64,000 bases of DNA from positions 1 to 64,000 of IMG/VR virus record IMGVR_UViG_3300042484_001250; one strand, given 5' to 3'. Numbering within the stretch: position 1 is the stretch's first letter; each line of letters opens with the position of its first letter. This stretch comes from an uncultured virus (IMG/VR IMGVR_UViG_3300042484_001250) (Duplodnaviria; Heunggongvirae; Uroviricota; Caudoviricetes). Shown piece after piece: positions 31,601 to 40,420 of the stretch. The notes under the pieces were generated by a model, which saw only the letters and a list, made by a program, of their open reading frames with translations, made no database searches and was not told the origin of the DNA. The position numbers and the translations under genes are program-made.

Positions 31601-32261
31601 CAATACTAAACTTTGAGTATCAACTAAATTCTTTCAAAACAAAAGTTAATAGCTTTAGGGGTTGGTACATAATGGAGGTGGAAGAAACGCGTAATGATTA
31701 CTATTCTATAATCTTACAAAAGAATGTCCCAACTGATTTTGATTGGGTTGAGATACGATTGGGTATGGAGGCGGATAAAGAATTCCCATATGATAGGGAT
31801 TCGGATGATGTGTATAAACTACAATTCGTACATAAAGATGGTTCAGTTATATACGAACATTGGTTGGGACGTAAATGGTTAAAGAAAACAACCGCATATG
31901 AATTTATGGAAAGAGTTGGTGCTATTATTGAAAACTATGTAGAGAATCATCCAAATCTAAAATTACCATTCTAATGAAACTAACTATAAAGAACTACGAT
32001 AAGATTATAGGTTGTGTAGTGGGTAAATACCAAATTACACAAGTCCGGCAGTTGAGTAAGTTATATGAAATTGTGTTTAAGGGTAAGACCCGTAGAGACC
32101 ATAAGATTGTAACCATATATAGAGAACCGCTATCCGAATACGAAAAGCAGGTTTACAAAGTAGTATGTGATGGTGAGTACACAACCATTTGGAATATCAC
32201 ATTAAAGGATAAGATTGCCACTTTACAATATCTTTCATATTGGTTGGAAAATACTTTCTAA
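28679..32261 (+). repeat. Tandem array of 10 MLTIxN-family CDS (starts 28679, 28970, 29346, 29630, 29943, 30339, 30646, 30969, 31594, 31974)
   Basis: 95-126-aa ORFs starting M(K)L(T/R/K)IxN; DNA start ATGCTAAC(A/G)AT in seven of them. Confidence 0.88.
31334..31594 (+). CDS. Conserved phage hypothetical protein interrupting the array
   Basis: FENSYGASVVR...YGG..GLYELAV; unrelated to its neighbours. Confidence 0.75.
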   Translation: MKRFNDLEFNLHPMGSGVQALIEFENSYGASVVRTPYTYGGGEGLYELAVFKDGEIHYDNPIADGDVKGYLTEEGVTALLAEIQLL

Positions 32262-32322
32262 ATAATTAGGATATATCAATTTTTTTACTTACCTTTATCC
32301 TATAATTAAAACCCCCAATAGT

Positions 32323-32982
32323 ATGAAGATTATTTTGAATAAAGGTCAAAAGTTGTGGTTCACTTCAGATACCCACTTTAATCACGCAAATATTTGTAGA
32401 GGCACTACCGAATGGGATAAGAGCAAACCGAATCACTTTAGAGATTTTGATTCTTTGGGTGAGATGAATGATAGGTTAGTTGCTGGTATCAATACCGTAG
32501 TTGGGGAGAATGATATCCTAATCCATTTAGGTGACTGGTCTTTCGGTGGGTTTGATTCCATTAGAGAGTTCCGTAGCAGATTGAATTGCAAGAACATCCA
32601 TTTAGTATTAGGAAACCACGACCATCACATTGGAAGAAATAAAGATGGGGTGCAGGATTGTTTCATTAGTGTAAACCATTTAGTTAATTTGGTTGTTAAG
32701 TGGAATGTTGGAACTCTAAATCAAAAGGAAGCACAATTTGTTTTGATGCACTTTCCAATTGCTAGTTGGGAAAATTTAGGTAGGGGTGTTATTCACTTAC
32801 ACGGACACGTTCACTTACCTAACCATCGTAGAGTTGGTAATGGTAAAGTTATGGATGTGGGTGTAGATGGAAATGGTTTAGACCCTATTAGTTTAGAAGA
32901 GATATTAAAGATTATGGAGAAACAACCAATAGGTAGTATGATGCCAAATGACCACCACACTATGGTTGAAAATTATAGATAA
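32323..32982 (+). CDS. Calcineurin-like phosphoesterase
   Basis: FTSDTHFNH, HLGD, GNHD, HFP, LHGHVH, DVGVD. Confidence 0.9.
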   Translation: MKIILNKGQKLWFTSDTHFNHANICRGTTEWDKSKPNHFRDFDSLGEMNDRLVAGINTVVGENDILIHLGDWSFGGFDSIREFRSRLNCKNIHLVLGNHDHHIGRNKDGVQDCFISVNHLVNLVVKWNVGTLNQKEAQFVLMHFPIASWENLGRGVIHLHGHVHLPNHRRVGNGKVMDVGVDGNGLDPISLEEILKIMEKQPIGSMMPNDHHTMVENYR

Positions 32983-32985
32983 AAT

Positions 32986-33186
32986 ATGGAAAAGTTTAAT
33001 TATGTGATTGCACGAATGTGGTTTAAGGATAGTAATCAATTAAACTGCTACACATATCACAATACAGTATTCTATGGTACTATGGAAGAAGCCGAAGAAC
33101 AATTAGAGTTCATCAAAGGTAGAGCCGATACGAATATAGCAGATGAGTTTTGTATTTACAAAGTAGAAGATAAACCAATAAAGTAA
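32986..33186 (+). CDS. Small hypothetical protein
   Basis: 66 aa between the phosphoesterase and the kinase. Confidence 0.65.
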   Translation: MEKFNYVIARMWFKDSNQLNCYTYHNTVFYGTMEEAEEQLEFIKGRADTNIADEFCIYKVEDKPIK

Positions 33187-33602
33187 TGATACCAAAAATA
33201 TTAACATTAGTAAGAGGATTGCCAGGTAGTGGCAAATCAACATTCGCCAATTGGATTTGGAATGAGTATGCAATATGTGAAGCTGATAAGTTCTTCTATG
33301 ATAAAGAAGGTAACTATAACTTTGATGGTTCTAAATTAAGGCAAGCACATGAATGGTGTAGAAACCAAGTTGAGACTCGTATGAAAGATAACGAAGTCAA
33401 TCCTCAATTTTATCCTGAAATTGTAGTATCAAACACATTTACGCAAGAGTGGGAAATGGAAGCATACTATAAGTTAGCAGAACAATACGGATATAAAGTA
33501 TTCAGTATTATTGTAGAAAATAGACATGGTGGTGTAAATGAGCACGGAGTACCTGCTGAAAAGTTAGAACAAATGAAAAATCGTTTTGAAGTAAAGTTAT
33601 GA
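33186..33602 (+). CDS. P-loop kinase (AAA_33, polynucleotide-kinase-like)
   Basis: RGLPGSGKST, EAD, VSNTF, HGVP. Confidence 0.85.
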   Translation: MIPKILTLVRGLPGSGKSTFANWIWNEYAICEADKFFYDKEGNYNFDGSKLRQAHEWCRNQVETRMKDNEVNPQFYPEIVVSNTFTQEWEMEAYYKLAEQYGYKVFSIIVENRHGGVNEHGVPAEKLEQMKNRFEVKL

Positions 33603-34330
33603 TAGATAATATAGAGCAAATTAAAGGATTACTTAACTTTGAGAAAGAAGGAGATTTCTATATGCTCTATATCTTTAAGCGTAAGAAAGACCAAACAACT
33701 GATAAAGCTAATCATCAATCGGTTCGTACAATCAAATCATATTGTATTGAGAGTGTAGAACATTTAGAACAACGATACGATGAGATTAAACAACTTTGTG
33801 AGATGTTTAAGGCAAGGGCATATATTCATATCAACAAACAAAAACATAAGGATGTTGGTATGCAAATGATTGTTGATATTGTCAATCGCATTCAATCGGG
33901 TCAAATCAATCAAAAGCACGTATTTGATTCGGTGGTTGGACAAGTTAAGATGCACGAAAAAAGATGGATTGTAGATATTGACACAAAGGATGAAAGTTTG
34001 ATTGGTGGTGTAATAAACACAATTGACCAATGTAAACCTATTAAATTTAGAGCAATAGTACATACATACAAAGGAGATGGTACTATTGAAAAATCACTAG
34101 ATATTGTTACAAAGGTGATTAAAAAAATCCCAACTAAATCAGGCTATCATTTAATTACTGAAAGATTTGATGTTATGGAATTTAAGAAACAATATGCTGA
34201 TATCGATATCCAAAAGAAAAACCCAACATTATTATATTACCCTGAAAGTTTAGGTACAAATACAAATAAAATAGCTTATCAAATACTACAAAACTCCACA
34301 TATGGAAAAATGGGTGGTTTGGGAGAATAA
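33599..34330 (+). CDS. Hypothetical protein with AEP/primase-like motifs
   Basis: WIVDID (hhhDhD) and PTKSGYH (sxxGxH). Confidence 0.5.
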   Translation: MIDNIEQIKGLLNFEKEGDFYMLYIFKRKKDQTTDKANHQSVRTIKSYCIESVEHLEQRYDEIKQLCEMFKARAYIHINKQKHKDVGMQMIVDIVNRIQSGQINQKHVFDSVVGQVKMHEKRWIVDIDTKDESLIGGVINTIDQCKPIKFRAIVHTYKGDGTIEKSLDIVTKVIKKIPTKSGYHLITERFDVMEFKKQYADIDIQKKNPTLLYYPESLGTNTNKIAYQILQNSTYGKMGGLGE

Positions 34331-34345
34331 ATAAAAAATTGTAAT

Positions 34346-35512
34346 ATGAAATACGATTTAACATTAATAGGTGATTACATATCCAAAGGATTGGTGATTA
34401 AACAAAATCATCCTACACTTCCATTGGCTATATACAACTATTCACGTGAATGCCAATACAATGGTATGTGGGATGATATTACTTTGAATTGCAGAGGATT
34501 AGTTTTGGATAACGAAGGTAATGTTGTTGCTAAACCTTTTCCAAAGTTCTTTAACTACGAAGAGCACAAACCAGAGGATATCCCAAATGAATACTTTGAG
34601 GTTTATGAAAAGATGGATGGTTCGTTAGGTATATTCTTTTACTATGAGGAAGAGTTGAGTGATGAAAGAAGATATAACATATGGTTTAATAATAATTACG
34701 AAACCGGTATGGAAAGGTTCTTTGACCCAAACAACTTACCTAACTTTGATGACCCATACTATGAACCAACACCAAAAATAAAAGGTGAATGGCATATGAC
34801 AACTCGTGGTTCATTTACTTCCGAACAAGCAATCAAAGGTATGGAGATTGCAAATAAGTACAACTACAATAAGATATGCGTACCTGGCTACACATATCTT
34901 TTTGAAATAATTTATCCTGAAAATCGTATCGTTGTAGATTATGGTAAAGAAGAGAGATTGGTATTGTTGGGCGTTATGAATAGAAGAGGTGAAGAGTTTC
35001 CATATGAAGAGCTTGTGGAAGAAGGTTGGGATATCGTAATGAAGTATAAGACTTGGGGAGAAGATTGGGAAACTTTGAAAAAAGAAATATCCAAAGATAA
35101 TGAAGGATATGTAATTCGTTTTTCAGGCGGTATGCGAATGAAGATTAAAGGTGATGAGTATGTTCGTCTACATAGAATCTTAACTAACTTTTCCACCAAA
35201 GATATATGGGAACTATTAAGAAATAACGAACAGTTAGAACCATTTTTGGATAGAGTACCTGATGAGTTTGATGCTTGGGTGAAAGAAGTTGTTAGGGATT
35301 TACAAACTGAATTTGATACAATTAAAAATAAAATTGAAATAGAATTCAGAGAGTTAATAGATAAGAAAGAGTTTGCTGATAAGATTGCAGATAATCCTAA
35401 TAGGTCTTTATTATTCAAAAGGTTGGATTCATATTCGCCGCAATTTGATGAAATGATTTGGAAATTGTTAAAGCCAAAGTATGAAAAACCTTTCAAAAAA
35501 GATGAAAAATAA
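34346..35512 (+). CDS. T4 Rnl1-type RNA ligase
   Basis: CRGLV, PFPKFFN, EKMDGS motif I, FEII, NRIVVDY, EGYV, KIKG. Confidence 0.9.
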   Translation: MKYDLTLIGDYISKGLVIKQNHPTLPLAIYNYSRECQYNGMWDDITLNCRGLVLDNEGNVVAKPFPKFFNYEEHKPEDIPNEYFEVYEKMDGSLGIFFYYEEELSDERRYNIWFNNNYETGMERFFDPNNLPNFDDPYYEPTPKIKGEWHMTTRGSFTSEQAIKGMEIANKYNYNKICVPGYTYLFEIIYPENRIVVDYGKEERLVLLGVMNRRGEEFPYEELVEEGWDIVMKYKTWGEDWETLKKEISKDNEGYVIRFSGGMRMKIKGDEYVRLHRILTNFSTKDIWELLRNNEQLEPFLDRVPDEFDAWVKEVVRDLQTEFDTIKNKIEIEFRELIDKKEFADKIADNPNRSLLFKRLDSYSPQFDEMIWKLLKPKYEKPFKKDEK

Positions 35513-35655
35513 TTGATGAAAAGCTTGTGTATATCAAATCTTTTACTTACCTTTACTATGTACTAAGAGATACACATTATGAAAGTTTTAGTTTTTGATT
35601 CGATTTGGTTTGGTTTGAGAGTGTTAAAAATGTTAGGATACTAAACAATAGACAT

Positions 35656-35838
35656 ATGAAATGGTTTTACAGCGAAATGGGTAGTGTGAATAAGAAGACT
35701 GGGAAGTATAAGCACTATAAAGTAACAGTTGAAGATTGGAAGATTACGGGTTGTAACTGCGAAGCTAGAGATTTTCGTAAATATACACCCTGTAAACATA
35801 TGATTTCAATCCATAATAAGTTAGGACATAGTTTATAA
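35656..35838 (+). CDS. SWIM zinc-finger protein
   Basis: CNC-x10-CKH motif; start at ATG 35656. Confidence 0.7.
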   Translation: MKWFYSEMGSVNKKTGKYKHYKVTVEDWKITGCNCEARDFRKYTPCKHMISIHNKLGHSL

Positions 35839-35911
35839 AAAATAATTAAGAAAAAGCTTGACATTATCAATTTTTTTACATACCTTTATTAAGTAATAAA
35901 AGATAAACAAT

Positions 35912-36178
35912 ATGAACATCGAATTTAAAAAACCCAACAAAAATCATCCTCAACCATTTATTCGTCATTCGAACTTTTCGATTATGAAAGCGGCAACTGA
36001 AAAGTATCCCGAAATGGTTGAAATCCTAAGAGGACCTTCTTATGCTAGGAAATTCTTTGGTAAGAAATTCATAAACATTGAATCCGCTATCAAAAGTGTA
36101 GATTTGATATGTGCAGAACGTATGATTGCAAAGCAGTCAATGGTTGAAACCGAGTCAATAGAGAACGCTTGGTGTTAA
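35912..36178 (+). CDS. Hypothetical protein
   Basis: 88 aa after promoter 35858-35888. Confidence 0.7.
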   Translation: MNIEFKKPNKNHPQPFIRHSNFSIMKAATEKYPEMVEILRGPSYARKFFGKKFINIESAIKSVDLICAERMIAKQSMVETESIENAWC

Positions 36179-36270
36179 ACCTTAAAAAAAACTTAAAGAA
36201 TATTAGGATTTTTGATATTTTTTTTGTATATTTGTATAATTATAATTAATAACCTTAAACAAAAAGTAGA

Positions 36271-36435
36271 ATGAAAAAATTATTAGCATTAGCGTTTATC
36301 GCATCTGGATTAGTATTAGCAGCATGTGGTGAATCAAAACAAGAAGTTGCAAGTGATTCTTTAGCAGTTGATACAATTGCAGTTGATAGTGTAGCAGCTG
36401 ATTCGGTAGCAGCAGACACAGCAGTTGCAAAGTAA
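36271..36435 (+). CDS. Small Bacteroidota-type lipoprotein (54 aa)
   Basis: MKKLLALAFIASGLVLAA-C lipobox, then D(S/T)xA repeats; has its own promoter and terminator. Confidence 0.8.
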   Translation: MKKLLALAFIASGLVLAACGESKQEVASDSLAVDTIAVDSVAADSVAADTAVAK

Positions 36436-36462
36436 GAATTAAATTTTGATTGTGAATAATGG

Positions 36463-36494
36463 AAAGGGGTAGACTTTTAGTTTATCCCTTTTTT
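36463..36494 (+). terminator. Intrinsic terminator
   Basis: AAAGGGGTAGAC/GTTTATCCCTTT plus T-run. Confidence 0.75.
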
Positions 36495-36531
36495 GTGTCT
36501 AAAAATAATTTAAAAATATTTTGGTAAAAGC

Positions 36532-36608
36532 TTGTTTATATCAATTTTTTTACTTACCTTTATTATATGTGAGAGAGACAGTTCTCTTCCTTTTAACCCC
36601 ACATTGAT
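36532..36608 (+). promoter_or_regulatory. Promoter-hairpin-leader cassette
   Basis: Near-identical to the 25374 cassette: TTTTACTTACCTTTATTATATGTGAGAGAGACAGTTCTC. Confidence 0.8.
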
Positions 36609-36800
36609 ATGAATTATCCAAAGAAACTTAATGAGTATGTTCACTTCATTACTATCATCTATGGTGGTACAATGCGTAAAGAAGGTATCATAGAATGTAT
36701 TATGGCTAACACTATTGGTTACGCTAATGGATTAGTATCCCGTACTACTTATAGAGGAGCCGAAAAACATTTTGTAAATTTATTAAAAAATATTTCGTAA
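36609..36800 (+). CDS. Small hypothetical protein, paralogue of 37152..37343
   Basis: KE.II.CI..N...YANGLVS...Y..AEK. Confidence 0.75.
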   Translation: MNYPKKLNEYVHFITIIYGGTMRKEGIIECIMANTIGYANGLVSRTTYRGAEKHFVNLLKNIS

Positions 36801-36885
36801 AAGGCTTGTTTAATTCAGGAATTTTACTTACCTTTATTATATGGGAGTGAGGGACGTTCCTCCTCCATTAACCCCCCCCTTTGTT

Positions 36886-37113
36886 ATGAATATTAGAAAT
36901 TATTATGTGAATGAGTTCCCATCAGATGAGTTAGGTTTAGAGATTGACCCAAAAGCCAACTTCGAATCTTTATGGCTCGCAATTCGTGGTGATATGGTCT
37001 ATGAATACATTGGTGTTTCTGATAGTGTGATACGAGAGAGATTGTTTGAAAAGTTTTCCGAACTCACCGGTCATACTTACGATTATATTTACCAAGAATG
37101 GTTAAACGCCTAA
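36886..37113 (+). CDS. Conserved phage hypothetical protein
   Basis: MNIRNYY...FPSDELG...DSVIRERLF after the cassette promoter at 36806-36836. Confidence 0.7.
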   Translation: MNIRNYYVNEFPSDELGLEIDPKANFESLWLAIRGDMVYEYIGVSDSVIRERLFEKFSELTGHTYDYIYQEWLNA

Positions 37114-37151
37114 TAATTAAATTTTAATATTAATCTTAAACCCCTTATATT

Positions 37152-37343
37152 ATGACAATTCATTTCAAAGATTTAGATTCGTACATTAAACATTTGACAT
37201 TGGGAGTTTCCTTTTTAGGAAAAGAAACCATCATTAATTGTATTACAAAAAATGATGTGATTTATGCAAACGGACTTGTTTCCGAAAAGATTTACAAAAA
37301 AGCTGAAAAGTATTTAGTTGAAAACCTTAAATTTATTTCTTAA
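37152..37343 (+). CDS. Small hypothetical protein, paralogue of 36609..36800
   Basis: Shared YANGLVS and AEK motifs. Confidence 0.75.
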   Translation: MTIHFKDLDSYIKHLTLGVSFLGKETIINCITKNDVIYANGLVSEKIYKKAEKYLVENLKFIS

Positions 37344-37762
37344 TTATTATTTCACTAAAATAAAATGTTATGCAAGAAGTACCTAGATTACCTTTTACAA
37401 CAATGGATTACATTGTGCATGGATTTCATTTAGTATGTTTACTTTCAATCATAGTATTGGGAGCAGCATATATTATTCACGATTACAAAACTTTTAAACC
37501 CAAAGACAGATTTTAATATGGTAGCATATAAGCAATTTATAACAATGTGCATTGGACTTGTTGTGGGAGTAATTGCAATAAGTATATTGGCATTTGTACC
37601 CAGCAAATCGGATAAAGCAAAGTACACTATTACATCGGAAAACGGAAAAACTTATTACGCAAATACATTTCGTATGTATGGTAAGGGAGTTATGTTTGAT
37701 GATATTTATGGGAACACAGTCATCGTTCAAGGTGATTTAGAAATTAAATGTAAAAAAGTAGA

Positions 37763-38062
37763 ATGAAATTATTAAGTAAGACAAAAGAAATATTTGAAGC
37801 TTGGGCAATATCGTTTAATCCAAATGATGCCCAAGCTGAATTAGCATCAGAACGCATTCAGATTTGTGATGCCTGTGAACATAAAGTTCAAGAACCTTAC
37901 ATTCATTGTGGTCAATGCGGATGTGCTCTTAAAGCAAAGATATACACCCCTAAAACGTTTATGGATGAGGGTGGTTCATGTCCTGAAAAAAAATGGAAGG
38001 GGGTTGAAGTTCAATACCTTAAAACAAAAAATTTAAATCGTTACAACGAACTAAACAAATGA
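37763..38062 (+). CDS. Cys-rich DUF6171-like protein
   Basis: RIQICDAC...CGQCGCALKAK...CPEKKW. Confidence 0.7.
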   Translation: MKLLSKTKEIFEAWAISFNPNDAQAELASERIQICDACEHKVQEPYIHCGQCGCALKAKIYTPKTFMDEGGSCPEKKWKGVEVQYLKTKNLNRYNELNK

Positions 38063-38188
38063 TAGAATTTGTAAAGCACGCATTGGGATTATGTGGTGAA
38101 CATTGGCATCCTAACCTATTCACAATAATAGCAAGCGGATTTGGATTATTACCTGCATTTGAATATCTTAAATACAAATACTTTAAGA

Positions 38189-38455
38189 ATGGAACAAACA
38201 AATAGTGAAGTAGAAGTATTGGAAAAAATTGAGAAGCAACATCAAATTATAGTTTACAATGATAATGTAAATACGTTTGAGCATGTCATTATGTGTTTAA
38301 TGATTATGTGTGGACACGAAATGGAACAGGCAGAACAATGTGCAATGATAATTCACTACAAAGGAAAGTGTGGAGTTAAATCAGGCACTATGGATGAATT
38401 GATTCCTATTGCCGAAGCATTAGATAGAGCAGGATTACACTTACAAATCGTTTAA
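38189..38455 (+). CDS. clpS: ATP-dependent Clp protease adaptor ClpS
   Basis: IIVYNDNVNTFEHVI, EQAEQCA..IHYKGKC.VKSG. Confidence 0.9.
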   Translation: MEQTNSEVEVLEKIEKQHQIIVYNDNVNTFEHVIMCLMIMCGHEMEQAEQCAMIIHYKGKCGVKSGTMDELIPIAEALDRAGLHLQIV

Positions 38456-38646
38456 TTCATATCTTTATATTTATATTCAAATACAATATAAATGGAGACA
38501 ATGAAAATTAACTTAACGGAATACAACCAAACATTGGAGTATAGTAATCGATTTGATTTCTTAAATAAAATTGTATCGTTACAATCTAAAAAAGGAAAGG
38601 CAATCAAAAGTCAATCGCCTAATCGTAGAGCTAAAAAGATTAAAAA

Positions 38647-39399
38647 ATGATTAAGTTAAAATCCATATTATCCGAAGACCTTCGTAATTGGTTTGGTAAA
38701 GGTAAGACGGGTTCAACTACCGGTGGTGGTTGGGATAGATACGATTCTACTGGAAAGAAAGTTGGTAAGTGTGGTGATTCAAAAGAAGGAGACCCTTATG
38801 CAGCTTGTTTATCAAAAGAGAAAGCAGCCAAATTAGGTAAAGATGGAATTGCATCATTTGTAAAAAGAAAAAGAGCTGCACAATCTAAAGCAGGTGATTC
38901 TGAAAAAGGTGGTGAACAAAAGAAAGGACAGAAACCCACATTTGTAAAAACAGGAGCTAGTGAGGGATTGGATGAGAAGTGGTCTCAAAAATATAAAAAA
39001 TCAATTAATTGTAGTAATCCGAAAGGATTCTCACAAAAAGCACATTGCCAGGGTAGAAAGAAAAACGAATTGGTTGAAGAGGCAATGGAATTATTTTTAG
39101 AGAAGAATTGTCCAACCGATTCGGCAAAGTGGTCAGCATCTAAAGCAGCAGCTAAAAAGAAGTTTGATGTATATCCATCAGCTTATGCAAATGGTTGGGC
39201 GGCAAAGAACTACAAATCAAAAGGTGGTGGTTGGAAAGTATGTAAAGAAAGTGTTATAAAAGAAGAGGAGTCTGAAATGAATCCAAAGGTATTAGATATA
39301 TCATCTGAACAAGATAAGAAAAGAAAGGAATTGGATATATACGATGAACCTAATTATGATAGTACATATTATTACACCGGAATGCAAGGTAAGAGTTAA
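38647..39399 (+). CDS. Basic multi-module protein, probable virion-internal protein (DUF5872-like module)
   Basis: MIKLKSILSE start; KWSQKYKKSINCSNPKGFSQKAHC; KKFDVYPSAYANGW. Confidence 0.6.
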   Translation: MIKLKSILSEDLRNWFGKGKTGSTTGGGWDRYDSTGKKVGKCGDSKEGDPYAACLSKEKAAKLGKDGIASFVKRKRAAQSKAGDSEKGGEQKKGQKPTFVKTGASEGLDEKWSQKYKKSINCSNPKGFSQKAHCQGRKKNELVEEAMELFLEKNCPTDSAKWSASKAAAKKKFDVYPSAYANGWAAKNYKSKGGGWKVCKESVIKEEESEMNPKVLDISSEQDKKRKELDIYDEPNYDSTYYYTGMQGKS

Positions 39400-39434
39400 A
39401 AAAGAAAGGGAAGATTTACTTCCCTTTTTTATTT
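39399..39434. terminator. Bidirectional terminator
   Basis: AAAGGGAAG/CTTCCCTTT flanked by A and T runs, between convergent genes. Confidence 0.85.
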
Positions 39435-39829
39435 TAATCCATTAACAACTTATCATCATCTTTACTACTTTGATTTGTAAATATATTATTAGTTGTGTTT
39501 GGTATTGTATATGTACTACTATTTCCACTTGTATCCGTATAAGTTAAAGTTGAACCGGGAAATTGTGTTGTAGTAACCGAACCTCCTGTTGTAATAGTTC
39601 CACTCAATGGCATAATATTTGGAGTTCCAGTTGATATCCAACCACCACCCAATTGTGGTACTACTGCCGGAGTTCCAAACCCACCACTACCAATAGGAAA
39701 TCCAATAGGAGCATCCTCTACTTCTTTTAATTTTTCTCTGATTGAATCAAATTGTCTTTTGGTAATGTTGTATCCATCTACCGCATCTAAAAAACCTTTC
39801 AACCATTGTGTGTATTCTTGACTAGTCAT
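39434..39829 (-). CDS. Hypothetical protein with Thr/Gly-rich tail
   Basis: 131 aa; WLKGFLDA N-terminal motif. Confidence 0.7.
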   Translation of the reverse strand: MTSQEYTQWLKGFLDAVDGYNITKRQFDSIREKLKEVEDAPIGFPIGSGGFGTPAVVPQLGGGWISTGTPNIMPLSGTITTGGSVTTTQFPGSTLTYTDTSGNSSTYTIPNTTNNIFTNQSSKDDDKLLMD

Positions 39830-39840
39830 AATATATTCTT

Positions 39841-40380
39841 TTATAAAAGTGATAAAATTGTATCTATACTTTTTTCGTTTACTTTGATTGGATAGTAATC
39901 TATATCGTATTGTTTTAATACTGTTGTTATATCATCGTCAATCTCTTTACTTTCTTCCAAACTCTGAAATCTACCATCGGTTTGAAACATAGAATCATCT
40001 CTTTCCAATACAATGTTAATTGAGTTGTACTGCTTATGCAAATCAACTACAAACTCATTGAATGTAAATCCGTAAAATGCGGCTGGATAATCTAAATCAT
40101 TTGAGTATCGATTCTTATATACCAAACTTAACATAATAGGAGAATCAACTACAATGTAATCAACCTGCCCATGTAACCTTGCTATGTTCCTATGTTGATT
40201 AGCCAATACATACAATTGGTCTTTCACCATTTCATAACTCTTATCCCATGCTAATAACTTTGGAAACTCATATGGCATTTCTACATTCATATTAAGTTTC
40301 TTCATTTCATAATATAGACCGGCGGCTTGTGTGGATTTCCCAATGCCAGGTCCACCAAATAAATTTATAATTTTTGTCAT
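39841..40380 (-). CDS. NadR/AAA_28-like P-loop nucleotide kinase
   Basis: INLFGGPGIGKST, EFPK, VVDSP, GRFQ. Confidence 0.8.
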   Translation of the reverse strand: MTKIINLFGGPGIGKSTQAAGLYYEMKKLNMNVEMPYEFPKLLAWDKSYEMVKDQLYVLANQHRNIARLHGQVDYIVVDSPIMLSLVYKNRYSNDLDYPAAFYGFTFNEFVVDLHKQYNSINIVLERDDSMFQTDGRFQSLEESKEIDDDITTVLKQYDIDYYPIKVNEKSIDTILSLL

Positions 40381-40384
40381 AGAT

Positions 40385-40415
40385 AAAAAAGGGAGGGATT
40401 TGATTCCCTCCCCTT
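40385..40415 (-). terminator. Intrinsic terminator after the TonB-dependent receptor
   Basis: GGGAGGGA/TCCCTCCC stem with a U-tract on the minus strand. Confidence 0.8.
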
Positions 40416-40420
40416 AATTA

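Noticed and set aside
28679..32261. Integron cassette array
   Set aside because: The genes mostly abut or overlap, leaving no room for attC sites, and no integrase is in the window.
34939..35496. Long antisense and alternate-frame ORFs (also 631-828, 3974-4312, 22062-22370, 48192-48503, 53266-53613, 62032-62427)
   Set aside because: They shadow well-supported genes or tRNAs on the other strand and have no motifs.
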